A DNA stretch of 64,000 bases from an uncultured Methanoregula sp. (GTDB lineage: Archaea > Halobacteriota > Methanomicrobia > Methanomicrobiales > Methanospirillaceae). This document shows, in pieces, positions 26,908 through 35,839 of the stretch. The stretch spans positions 262,164-326,163 of the forward strand of contig CAZPYV010000001.1 of assembly GCA_964590895.1 (NCBI GenBank). Reading direction: 5' to 3'. The position numbers and the translations under genes are program-made. Within the stretch, counting starts at the first letter, position 1. Each line of letters opens with the position of its first letter. The notes under the pieces are model-generated. The model did no database searches. It was not told the origin of the DNA and saw only the letters and a list, made by a program, of their open reading frames with translations.

Positions 26908-28410
26908 TTACGGTATGTACCGCTCGATCTCCCCACAGGTCACAAGCTTTCCACCATCAAGCACCGATACAGCCCCATGACCCCCGCAGATAAGACAGTG
27001 TTTTCCGGTTGACACCAGTTCGTTATCAGTATCCTGTGCCAGTGCAAGCAAACCTTTTCGTTCCTTCTTTGCCATGTCGCTGTCCACATTCACTGACGTT
27101 ACAAGAAATGCGGCAAGCGAACTATAATCCGCCCGTTCTTGTGAGAGACTGGCAAAATTGATCACACTGTCTGCGGAAAACAACAGACCAGATTTCTGTG
27201 AATACAAAAACACCTGACCAGCCGTATGTCCGCTTAAACCATCCAGCACTTCAAGTTCAATATCTCCAATAGAAACCATGCCAATCACTGGAAAAATTCC
27301 CCGAATATTTCCGTTTGGTGCCAAAAAACATTCGATTTCTTCAGGAGTATTAAACCGTGAGAACAGGTTGATCATCTTTGTGTAGAATTCATCCAGAGAG
27401 GAGTGATCACTTCGTGAGCCGTAAGCCCGGTTGTTTGTCCGGATGATCTCACGTGTACTCTGGTGCATGAGCACCGGCACTGCAAAAAAACCGGCAGCCC
27501 CGCAATGATCCGCGTCGGCATGAGTTACAACAATGCGGGAGATTTTCTTTAAGTTCCCCACTCCATACCGCAAAAACATGGAAATTATATCCTGATGATA
27601 AATCCCGTATCCGGTATCAATCATCAGCAGGCTATCTCCGGATCTTAAAAGAAAAATATTACCGCCACATGGTACCTGGAAACAGAACAATGTTGTGTCA
27701 TCGTCTATCCGGAATTTCTGGACCTCTGCGTAAAAATTTTTTCCGGTAGTAGATTTCAAAGTCTGACCAGTCTTAAGAACGCTTTCAAAAACCTGTTTTG
27801 GATCACAATCACGGTTCATTAATTCCTGTGCAATGCGATTGGTGTCGGCCAGAAACGAGAGAAGGAAAGTATCTTCATATTCACCGATAAGTTCGCGGAT
27901 TGCCTGCGCATATCGGACATAGAATACCGTATCATCCAGTTGTTTTCCGGAAGTATCGTATTCAATGATCTCCAAGCGGTACAGGGATTTTAACTGGTTT
28001 AATAAACGATCAACTACTGCACCCTGTTCAAGATTCAGGCTTACCGTAAGACGATCCGGGTGCCGTCCCTTATCATCGAAATCCAAGAATGAGATATTTG
28101 CATCAGCTGATGTTGTTAAACTTAAAAAATCGTACAGTGCACCCGGGCGGTGGGGCAGGTAAACAGAGAATTTTAAGAAACTTTGGGGTTTTATGGAACT
28201 CTGGAGATACCCGATCTGCTTGAGATCCTTTGTTATCTTTTTAAAGGATTCTTCCGATACTGTAACCTCATAAAAAACCGTTCCGGGATCAATGCGGCGG
28301 TCAAACTGGATACGGTTGATATTGCCATCATATTTTTTGATAATCTCTGCAACCCGGTAAAGTGATCCCGGCGTATCGGGCATATGAGCGATAAAAGAGA
28401 ATTTCTTCAA
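26908..28410 (-). CDS. ACT-ACT-metallo-beta-lactamase-fold fusion protein (500 aa)
   Basis: Two N-terminal ACT-like units (HMPDTPGSLYRVAEII; YLPHRPGALYDFLS) precede an MBL-fold domain with the motif VVTHADADHCG. The start is a TTG, which is needed to retain the first ACT beta-strand. Confidence 0.7.
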   Translation of the reverse strand: MKKFSFIAHMPDTPGSLYRVAEIIKKYDGNINRIQFDRRIDPGTVFYEVTVSEESFKKITKDLKQIGYLQSSIKPQSFLKFSVYLPHRPGALYDFLSLTTSADANISFLDFDDKGRHPDRLTVSLNLEQGAVVDRLLNQLKSLYRLEIIEYDTSGKQLDDTVFYVRYAQAIRELIGEYEDTFLLSFLADTNRIAQELMNRDCDPKQVFESVLKTGQTLKSTTGKNFYAEVQKFRIDDDTTLFCFQVPCGGNIFLLRSGDSLLMIDTGYGIYHQDIISMFLRYGVGNLKKISRIVVTHADADHCGAAGFFAVPVLMHQSTREIIRTNNRAYGSRSDHSSLDEFYTKMINLFSRFNTPEEIECFLAPNGNIRGIFPVIGMVSIGDIELEVLDGLSGHTAGQVFLYSQKSGLLFSADSVINFASLSQERADYSSLAAFLVTSVNVDSDMAKKERKGLLALAQDTDNELVSTGKHCLICGGHGAVSVLDGGKLVTCGEIERYIP

Positions 28411-28515
28411 AGATATTCACCGATAATATCATTAAACGTAAGCGTTTATACCGATATAAGTTATGGAAGAAAATTAATAAGAACTACCAAAAAAAGAGAG
28501 GCGGGTTATTGGTTT

Positions 28516-29436
28516 TTACGGCCTTTTCCCTACAAGGACAATTACACCGGTGATTAAAAGCCCGATAAGTGCAGTTACCGGTGAAAGAGGAATTGAAGAT
28601 GGGCTTTTTTGAAGTGCCGGAGATTGTGTTCCTGCCGTACCAGGTAGATTCTGCGTTGTTGCAGCAGATGGGGAAATGCCAGCTGTTATTAATGACGTTG
28701 GATTACCAGAAGATACTCCCACAGTTGTTATGACCGGAGTTGGCGTTCGTGGAGGAAGAACCGTAAAAACCATGACAAGAGGACTTGTCAGTGCGGGGTT
28801 GCTCATCGTGATATAATATTGTCCGGGGGGCATGTCAACATGGAAACCATAATTGAAATATCCAGATCCACTTACCGGTGAAGAATATGTGCGAAGAGTT
28901 GTTCCGGAGATGTCTGTCAGATCAATCCGCAGATAAGATATTCCCCGCTCTGAAAAACCTGTCAACGACACGTAATCGGCAAAGGTCGCAGGGTTAGGAG
29001 TAAGGTTTGCATAAAATTCTGGTTTTTTCATGAACACTGACGTTGTCGAAGAGATTTCAGGATGGTCAAGATCTGTAGCCGTAAGAGTATATCGTGCAGT
29101 CTGCATCTTTTCAATTCCTTTGATACTCGATGTATACCATGCAAACTGCCAGCTACCATCAGGATTCACTTCAACAGGATTTCCTGCACCCGGAATTCCG
29201 TTGAGATCATATATGGGGACTCCCTCTAAAGGGAGACCGGGGCCGGTGATTCGCAGAGATATAATATTTCCAACAGTGTTTTGCCCATCAAAAATAATCG
29301 TGTCACCAATATAGCTCCCACCCGATCCACGGTAGGCAATGCTTACGGTCCCATTCACACCCAGCACCGGCTGGATAATACAAATTGCAGCAATCAGCAG
29401 CACAAGAACTAAAAAAAAACTTCGCATAATACTCAT
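28516..29436 (-). CDS. secreted or cell-surface protein with a signal peptide and a C-terminal TM anchor
   Basis: The N-terminal signal is FFLVLVLLIAAICIIQPVLG. A Ser/Thr/Pro-rich stalk precedes the C-terminal PLSPVTALIGLLITGVIVLVGKRP. Confidence 0.55.
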   Translation of the reverse strand: MSIMRSFFLVLVLLIAAICIIQPVLGVNGTVSIAYRGSGGSYIGDTIIFDGQNTVGNIISLRITGPGLPLEGVPIYDLNGIPGAGNPVEVNPDGSWQFAWYTSSIKGIEKMQTARYTLTATDLDHPEISSTTSVFMKKPEFYANLTPNPATFADYVSLTGFSERGISYLRIDLTDISGTTLRTYSSPVSGSGYFNYGFHVDMPPGQYYITMSNPALTSPLVMVFTVLPPRTPTPVITTVGVSSGNPTSLITAGISPSAATTQNLPGTAGTQSPALQKSPSSIPLSPVTALIGLLITGVIVLVGKRP

Positions 29437-29602
29437 TTTCTAGCCTCTCATTTAAGAGAATATCATTTTTTAAAGGGATAAATTTTTGTTATCGTCAGGA
29501 GCGTACGCTCAAAGATAATAAAAAGGAAGTATTGTTTTTTACCCTATAACGAAACTATATCTGTATTACAAAGGAAACTCTTGTATTCGAGGTAATTTGA
29601 TA

Positions 29603-31633
29603 ATGACCGACGTTGAGTTGGCAATAAAAAATGGAGAACTCCAGTTAAAAACAGCAATAACGACGATACAGGGAACATTTTCCTATGAAGATACAGCCTA
29701 TCATCTCCCCATTTCCTATGCACTGACGGGTATAGCTGTGCATGACCGGAATACCTCTTTGGATGTTTTTTCCCGTACAAAAGATAATTCACTGGTGGCC
29801 TCTGAAATAATCCTTGCAAAAAAAACTGCAGGGAATGGAAAAGAAGAATTATCCTGCACAGGTTTTATTGGCGATAGTACAATCCGTAAGCTTGGGTATT
29901 CACTTGTTGACGGTAGTATTCTTGGACTTGCACTCATTGTCGGAACCCCAGAAAGTGCCGGATCTGCAGCTGCCATCTGCCGCGAACTCCAGGAAAAATA
30001 TATGCTCACCTTCCTTGCCGGCCCTGTCATACCCTCATTATCATCTGCTGGTGTAAAACTGGGTCTTGATTATCGCCTGATCCCCCTTGGCTCAAGCGCG
30101 TTATATGGTGTGCACTTTGTCGATATCATTGCCCGCGTAGCCATGATGTTTGGGGGAGTCACTCCCGGAGATATGCACCGGCTTTTAACCTATGCAGCTG
30201 AACGGGCAAAGGCCATTGTTATCGCACTGCCCGGTCTTTCTGATGAGGAAATTGCGCTTGTTGATAGTATGCGGGTGCTTGGATTTCCCATACTGTCATT
30301 GGGAGATTATAAAAATGGTGCATGGATCTCTGCAACCCCGGAACATATTGTCCGAACCGGCATGGAACTAAAAGGTATTCGTGTCAATGTGACTGCAATT
30401 CCGATTCCCATGGGATGTTCTCCCGCGTTTGAGGGAAAAAGTATCCGGAAAGAAGAGATGTTCGTGGAGTTTGGTGGCGGCAGATCACCGGCATTTGAAT
30501 TGCTGCAAATGAAAAACGCAAATGAGATCAAAGACGGTCTGGTAACAGTCATTGGTCCTGAGATCGATTCCATGAAAGAAGGATCTGCAAATCCGCTGGG
30601 AATCATTATGGAAGTGGCCGGAAAAACCATGAAAAAAGATTATGAGCCGGTTCTCGAGAGACGGATTCATAATTTTGTTAACTACGGCGAAGGATCGTGG
30701 CATGTAGCCCAACGGGATCTCATCTGGGTCCGATTATCGAAAGAGGCTGTGGCAAAAGGTGTAAAGATCGAACATCTGGGAAAACTTCTCGCAAGTAAGT
30801 TCCGTATGGATTTTCCCCAGTTACTCGATGCGGTATCGGTCACTCTCATCACAGATCCGGAAAAAATACTTGTGGCAAAGACAGAGGCAGAACGGGTCTA
30901 TGATGAGCGGGATGCCCGCATCAAAGGTATGCGTGACGGGGATGTAAATACTTTTTATTCCTGCACGCTCTGCCAGACATTTGCACCGAACCATGTCTGC
31001 GTGATCACACCTGAACGCCCTGCACTGTGCGGAGCCATCAGCTGGCTCGATGGAAAGATCGCATACGAGATCTCGCCTGCCGGTGCAAACCAGCCGATCG
31101 AAAAAGGAGCGGCAATCAACGCATTAAACGGTGAATTTGATGGAGTAAACCGGTTCGTCAAAAAAGCTAGCCATGGAGAAATTGACCGGTGTTCACTCTA
31201 CAGCGTCATGGAATACCCGATGACCTGTTGCGGGTGTTTTGAATGCATCGCCCTGATGCTTCCGGAAGTGAACGGGATTATGGTTGTGAACCGTGAGTTC
31301 AAAGGTCTCACACCTTCGGGCATGTCATTTTCCACTCTTGCCGGCACAATTGGCGGCGGTGCACAGACACCGGGGTTTGCAGGAATTTCAAAAGGGTATA
31401 TTCTTTCTGACCGGTTCTTACAAGGTGAGGGGGGAATAGAACGCCTTGTCTGGATGCCTGCGCAACTTAAAGAAGAACTCAAACCGCGCCTGATAAAAAA
31501 ATTTAAAGAGCAGGGCAAACCGGACCTGTTTGATAAGATCGCAGATGAAACAAAAGCCGCCTCCATCGAAGATCTCATGGTGTATCTTGATGGCATAAAA
31601 CACCCGGCTCTGACTATGAAACCACTGGTGTGA
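29603..31633 (+). CDS. acsB: acetyl-CoA synthase catalytic subunit, full-length bacterial AcsB type (676 aa)
   Basis: The A-cluster ligand motifs are FYSCTLCQTFAPNHVCVITPERPALCGAISWLDG and CCGCFE. The protein is collinear from the N-terminus (MTD..., GFIGD, MMFGGVTPG, PAFEGKSIRK, ERRIHNFVNYGEG) to the C-terminus (DKIADET...HPALTM) with Moorella AcsB as I remember it. I used the ATG at 29603, which has GAGGT about 10 nt upstream. Confidence 0.93.
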   Translation: MTDVELAIKNGELQLKTAITTIQGTFSYEDTAYHLPISYALTGIAVHDRNTSLDVFSRTKDNSLVASEIILAKKTAGNGKEELSCTGFIGDSTIRKLGYSLVDGSILGLALIVGTPESAGSAAAICRELQEKYMLTFLAGPVIPSLSSAGVKLGLDYRLIPLGSSALYGVHFVDIIARVAMMFGGVTPGDMHRLLTYAAERAKAIVIALPGLSDEEIALVDSMRVLGFPILSLGDYKNGAWISATPEHIVRTGMELKGIRVNVTAIPIPMGCSPAFEGKSIRKEEMFVEFGGGRSPAFELLQMKNANEIKDGLVTVIGPEIDSMKEGSANPLGIIMEVAGKTMKKDYEPVLERRIHNFVNYGEGSWHVAQRDLIWVRLSKEAVAKGVKIEHLGKLLASKFRMDFPQLLDAVSVTLITDPEKILVAKTEAERVYDERDARIKGMRDGDVNTFYSCTLCQTFAPNHVCVITPERPALCGAISWLDGKIAYEISPAGANQPIEKGAAINALNGEFDGVNRFVKKASHGEIDRCSLYSVMEYPMTCCGCFECIALMLPEVNGIMVVNREFKGLTPSGMSFSTLAGTIGGGAQTPGFAGISKGYILSDRFLQGEGGIERLVWMPAQLKEELKPRLIKKFKEQGKPDLFDKIADETKAASIEDLMVYLDGIKHPALTMKPLV

Positions 31634-31637
31634 GATC

Positions 31638-32594
31638 ATGGTTTCTGATGTGAATTTTGGATGGAGCGGTACTATAGTAAAAGTAATTCTCGGTGCAACA
31701 AAATCAGATGGTGGAACCCGCAGGCTCTCATACCAGATTGGTGGAAGAACAACACTTCCGTTTCTTGAAAGGACTCCGGGCACTTCAGGTCCGCTCATCG
31801 CCTTCGAGATCTGTGATGACCCGCAGAACTGGTCCCCGATTGTCAGGAACTATTTAGGGGATGTTGTTAATGATTGCGGAGAATGGGCACATGCTGCAGA
31901 TTCTGTCTATGGCGCAGACATGATCCGCCTGTACCTGACAAGCACCCGGCAGCGGAATTTTTCAGATATTGCATCTGTGGGAAAAACGGTAGAATCCGTG
32001 TTATCCAAAACCAGCCTGCCACTCATCATTGAGGGAAGCAATGAACCAACAATTGACAGCGAGGTATTCTTAAAATGCGGCGAAGCAGGTGAAGGAGAAC
32101 GCCTGCTTCTTGGAACTGCTGAAGCGGGAAGGTACCGCAGTATTGCTGCTGCTGCAATGGCTTATAATCATTCAGTGATTGCCCAGTCGCCCATAGATGT
32201 CAATCTGGCAAAACAACTCAACATTCTGTTAAAAGAGATCGGTGTAGCAAGAGACCACATAGTCATCGATCCTTATACCGGCTCTCTGGGCTATGGATTT
32301 GAGTATTCCTATTCAGCCATGGAACGGATCCGGTTTGCTGCGCTTAAAGGCGATGCCGATCTTGCCATGCCGGTCATCTGCTCAGCCATTGATTCATTAA
32401 CCGTAAAGGAAGTAAGGGATGCAGAACCAGCCATTAAAGACGATATCGCAGTCCAGTGGGAATTCACAACCGGACTTGCAGCTGCAGCAGCCGGTGCAGA
32501 GATCATCTGTGTGCGGCACCCACGGACAATTTCCCTGCTCAGAAAAGCATTTACAAATCTTAAATCCGTAAAAACTGATGTGGGGGTGCAATAA
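31638..32594 (+). CDS. acsD: corrinoid iron-sulfur protein small subunit (AcsD / CdhD-like)
   Basis: The assignment rests on the size (318 aa), the position between acsB and acsC, and the TIM-barrel CFeSP small-subunit pattern (LIAFEI.D, SLPLIIEGS, IDPYTGSLGYGFEYSYS). The gene starts 4 nt after the acsB stop. Confidence 0.85.
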   Translation: MVSDVNFGWSGTIVKVILGATKSDGGTRRLSYQIGGRTTLPFLERTPGTSGPLIAFEICDDPQNWSPIVRNYLGDVVNDCGEWAHAADSVYGADMIRLYLTSTRQRNFSDIASVGKTVESVLSKTSLPLIIEGSNEPTIDSEVFLKCGEAGEGERLLLGTAEAGRYRSIAAAAMAYNHSVIAQSPIDVNLAKQLNILLKEIGVARDHIVIDPYTGSLGYGFEYSYSAMERIRFAALKGDADLAMPVICSAIDSLTVKEVRDAEPAIKDDIAVQWEFTTGLAAAAAGAEIICVRHPRTISLLRKAFTNLKSVKTDVGVQ

Positions 32595-32595
32595 G

Positions 32596-33930
32596 ATGGC
32601 ACTCAAAGCTCTTGACATCTACAAACTCCTGCCAAGAAAAAACTGCAAGGAATGCGGTGATCCCACCTGCCTGACCTTTGCTATGAAACTTGCCGGGGGA
32701 AAAACTGATGTAGACCTCTGTCCGTATCTCGATGATGCAGCCAAAGCGGTATTGGGCGCTACAACCCGCCCGCCAATCCGGCTTGTGAAACTCGGGATTG
32801 GTGAACGATCTTTTGCAGTTGGTGAAGAGTTTGTTCTCTATCGTCACGAAAAAACGTTTTATCACCCCCCGGGAATTTTATTTAAGATTTCAGACACTCA
32901 GACCACGGATGAAATTCAGGCAATAACAACGCGTGTCCGGGATGAATCGTTTACCCGTGTGGGAGCGGATCTCCGGTTTAACGGAATTGCGATTGAAAAT
33001 ACCAGTGGTAATCCAGATACTTTTGCACGAGCGGTTGAATCGGTTGAAAAAAATGCTGACCTGCCGCTTGTACTGATGGCCAGAGACCCTGCAGCATTAT
33101 CAGCAGCTCTTATGCATTGCGGAACCTATCGTCCACTAATCCACGCAGCTACTTCGGAAAATTACAAGGAATTCTGTGCACTTGCAAAAAACCATAGTTG
33201 CCCGCTGGTAATTAAAGAAAATAATATCGATACACTGGCACAACTCGCAAAAGACTGCACAGCAAATGGAGTGCAGGATCTGATACTGGATCTTTCACCG
33301 GAATCATTACAGGCATTTATTGTCCGGTCTACAACGATCCGCCAGCTTGCCATCACCCGGGCAGCACCCGATCTCGGGTACCCGGTATTTCTCGATGCGT
33401 CCGTAATGGAGATGCCGGATGCAGCAATTACACTGGGCATTGCAAAATATGCTTCAGTCATTATTTCTAATCCACTTTCTTTTGCAACTGCAAGAGCAGC
33501 ACTGACCCTGCGCCAGAATATTTATACCGATCCCCAGAAACCAATCCAGATGAACCCGGGTCTGTACCGTCTGGGAAATCCTGGAAAAGACGCCCCCGTC
33601 TTAATGACGGTAAATTTTTCGCTTACATTCTTTACCTTGCAGGGATATCTTGAATCCACCCGTGTGCCCTGCTTCATGCTGATTGTTGACACCGAAGGAC
33701 TCTCTGTGCTCACAGCAGTTGCTGCAGGAAAACTTAGTGAGATGCTGGTAAAAGACTCAATAAAAAAATTTGCAGTTGAAGATGAGGTATCCCACAGGAA
33801 ACTCATTATTCCCGGATACGCTTCCCCGCTCTCGGGCATGATAAACGAAGCAACCGGTTGGGAAGTGCTGGTCGGTCCACGGGATGCAGCAGAAATTGGT
33901 GATTTTTTAAATGAGGAGTGGAAACAATAA
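32596..33930 (+). CDS. acsC: corrinoid iron-sulfur protein large subunit (AcsC / CdhE-like)
   Basis: The N-terminal [4Fe-4S] motif is MALKALDIYKLLPRKNCKECGDPTCLTFAMKLAGGKTDVDLCPYL (C-x2-C-x4-C-x16-C). The ATG at 32596 lies 1 nt after the acsD stop. Confidence 0.9.
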   Translation: MALKALDIYKLLPRKNCKECGDPTCLTFAMKLAGGKTDVDLCPYLDDAAKAVLGATTRPPIRLVKLGIGERSFAVGEEFVLYRHEKTFYHPPGILFKISDTQTTDEIQAITTRVRDESFTRVGADLRFNGIAIENTSGNPDTFARAVESVEKNADLPLVLMARDPAALSAALMHCGTYRPLIHAATSENYKEFCALAKNHSCPLVIKENNIDTLAQLAKDCTANGVQDLILDLSPESLQAFIVRSTTIRQLAITRAAPDLGYPVFLDASVMEMPDAAITLGIAKYASVIISNPLSFATARAALTLRQNIYTDPQKPIQMNPGLYRLGNPGKDAPVLMTVNFSLTFFTLQGYLESTRVPCFMLIVDTEGLSVLTAVAAGKLSEMLVKDSIKKFAVEDEVSHRKLIIPGYASPLSGMINEATGWEVLVGPRDAAEIGDFLNEEWKQ

Positions 33931-35832
33931 ATGCGTACCGTTACTTTTATTCCCGGTTATCGTAAGATCGATGTTGAACAGGGCAGCACAATCCTTGATG
34001 CTGCCCAGCGTGCTGGATTAAATATTAACGTGGTCTGCGGCGGTCAGGGAAAATGCGGAAAATGCATTGTCTATATCCAGTCTGGAAAGACAAACTTTGA
34101 CCAGCAGAAATTCGGGCAGTTTTTTACAGCTGATGAACGTACACGTGGAGCCTGTCTGGCCTGCCAGACAACAGTAGAAAGCGATTTGCAGGTATTTATT
34201 CCAGAGAGTACATTGATCCAAGAACAGAAAATTCTCATAGATGGACAGGAAACCGCTATTGAATTTCACCCATCGGTCCGGAAATATTATGTTGAACTCC
34301 AACCTCCAACTATTTCCGATCCCTCGCCGGATCTTTCCCGTTTGCTCTGGGGCATCCAGAAAGCCGGAGGCCCTTCAGCAGAAAAAATTTATGCGCCTTT
34401 AGAAAATCTCCGGAAAATCCCGGCCATCCTTCGCCATTCCGAGTGGAAAGCCACCGGGACCGTTGCCCTTGTGCCGGGTGGATACCGCCTTGTTGATGTG
34501 CAGGAAAATAATACGGCAAAAAGACTCTATGGAGCAGCAGTAGATCTGGGCTCTACAACAATCGTTGTATACATCTGGGATCTGGTCTCTGGAAAAGTAG
34601 CCGGCGTTGCTTCGAATTACAACCGGCAGATCAGTTGTGGAGAGGATATTTTAGCCCGCGTGAATTTTGCCCGGAAGAACGGGCTTTTTAAACTCCAGAC
34701 CCTTGCTACCGAGAGCATTAATGCAGCTATCACTACGGCATCCAACACAGCAGGCATTGACCGTGAGGATATCTACGAGATTGTTGTTGCAGGAAATACC
34801 GTAATGACCCACATGCTGCTGGGTATCGATCCTGCATATATGATCTCCGAACCGTATGTTCCGGTAGTGCGAAGAGCACTATCGGTATCAACAGGCAGGA
34901 TTGGTATAACCTGTAATTCCAACGGGGGACTCTTTGTATTTCCGGCAGTCAGCGATTTTATAGGCGGTGACATCATTGCAGATATCCTTGCCTGTGGGAT
35001 GAGCGAGAAAGAAGAGATCTCCCTCTTGATCGATATTGGTACCAATTTTGAAGTTGTACTCGGCAACAGTGAGTGGATGTTTTCCTGCGCAGGTGCGGCC
35101 GGCCCCGCCCTCGAAGGCGGTGAGGTACTCTTTGGCATGCGGGCAAACCCGGGTGCAATTGAAAAGATCTCCATTGATCCGGGCACGCTCAACCCTGTGT
35201 ATTCCACAATCAATGGTGTAAAACCCCGTGGCATCTGCGGCTCCGGACTTATCGATCTTCTGGCAGAACTCCTCTGCACCTGTGTCATTGACAGAACCGG
35301 GCGCATCAACACAGGTATAGCCAATCCACGAATACGGACAAACGGCCACTTCCCCGAATACGTTATTGAATGGGCGAACGGAACCGGTATAGGAAAAGAT
35401 ATTGTCATTACCGAAAACGATATCAAAAATCTGATCATGAGTAAAGCATCAGTACATGCAGCCTGTGTCACCCTGATGAACCAGGCCGGTATTAACCGAA
35501 AAGAGATAAGTACCATCTATTTTGCCGGGGCATTTGGAAACTACATCAACAAAAAGAATGCAACCATCATTGGACTCATACCGGAAATTGGAATTGATAA
35601 GATCGTCAATATCGGAAACGGGGCGGTAACCGGTGCAAATATTGCGCTCATCAACCGGAGGAAGAGAAAAACTCTTGACGATATTGCATGCCGGATTGCC
35701 TATATTGAGCTCAATGCTGAGTCAGCATTCATGGATGAATATACCTCCAGCACATTCCTGCCCCATACTGATCTTACGCTTTTTCCGGAGGTACAGAAAC
35801 TCCTTGATACCTGCCGGATAACAAAGGAGTAA
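33931..35832 (+). CDS. acsV: reductive activator of the corrinoid Fe-S protein (RACo / AcsV-like; 2Fe-2S ferredoxin + ASKHA ATPase)
   Basis: The N-terminal plant-type ferredoxin motif is VVCGGQGKCGKCIV...ACLACQT. A large ASKHA-like domain follows (AVDLGSTTIV, IDIGTN). The start abuts the acsC stop. Confidence 0.85.
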   Translation: MRTVTFIPGYRKIDVEQGSTILDAAQRAGLNINVVCGGQGKCGKCIVYIQSGKTNFDQQKFGQFFTADERTRGACLACQTTVESDLQVFIPESTLIQEQKILIDGQETAIEFHPSVRKYYVELQPPTISDPSPDLSRLLWGIQKAGGPSAEKIYAPLENLRKIPAILRHSEWKATGTVALVPGGYRLVDVQENNTAKRLYGAAVDLGSTTIVVYIWDLVSGKVAGVASNYNRQISCGEDILARVNFARKNGLFKLQTLATESINAAITTASNTAGIDREDIYEIVVAGNTVMTHMLLGIDPAYMISEPYVPVVRRALSVSTGRIGITCNSNGGLFVFPAVSDFIGGDIIADILACGMSEKEEISLLIDIGTNFEVVLGNSEWMFSCAGAAGPALEGGEVLFGMRANPGAIEKISIDPGTLNPVYSTINGVKPRGICGSGLIDLLAELLCTCVIDRTGRINTGIANPRIRTNGHFPEYVIEWANGTGIGKDIVITENDIKNLIMSKASVHAACVTLMNQAGINRKEISTIYFAGAFGNYINKKNATIIGLIPEIGIDKIVNIGNGAVTGANIALINRRKRKTLDDIACRIAYIELNAESAFMDEYTSSTFLPHTDLTLFPEVQKLLDTCRITKE

Positions 35833-35839
35833 AAAAACT

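Noticed and set aside
34773-35516. 247-aa minus-strand ORF, with a similar case at 55359..55904 on the plus strand
   Set aside because: The first is antisense to the confidently assigned RACo gene and the second to the aCPSF1 gene. Neither has a recognisable domain.
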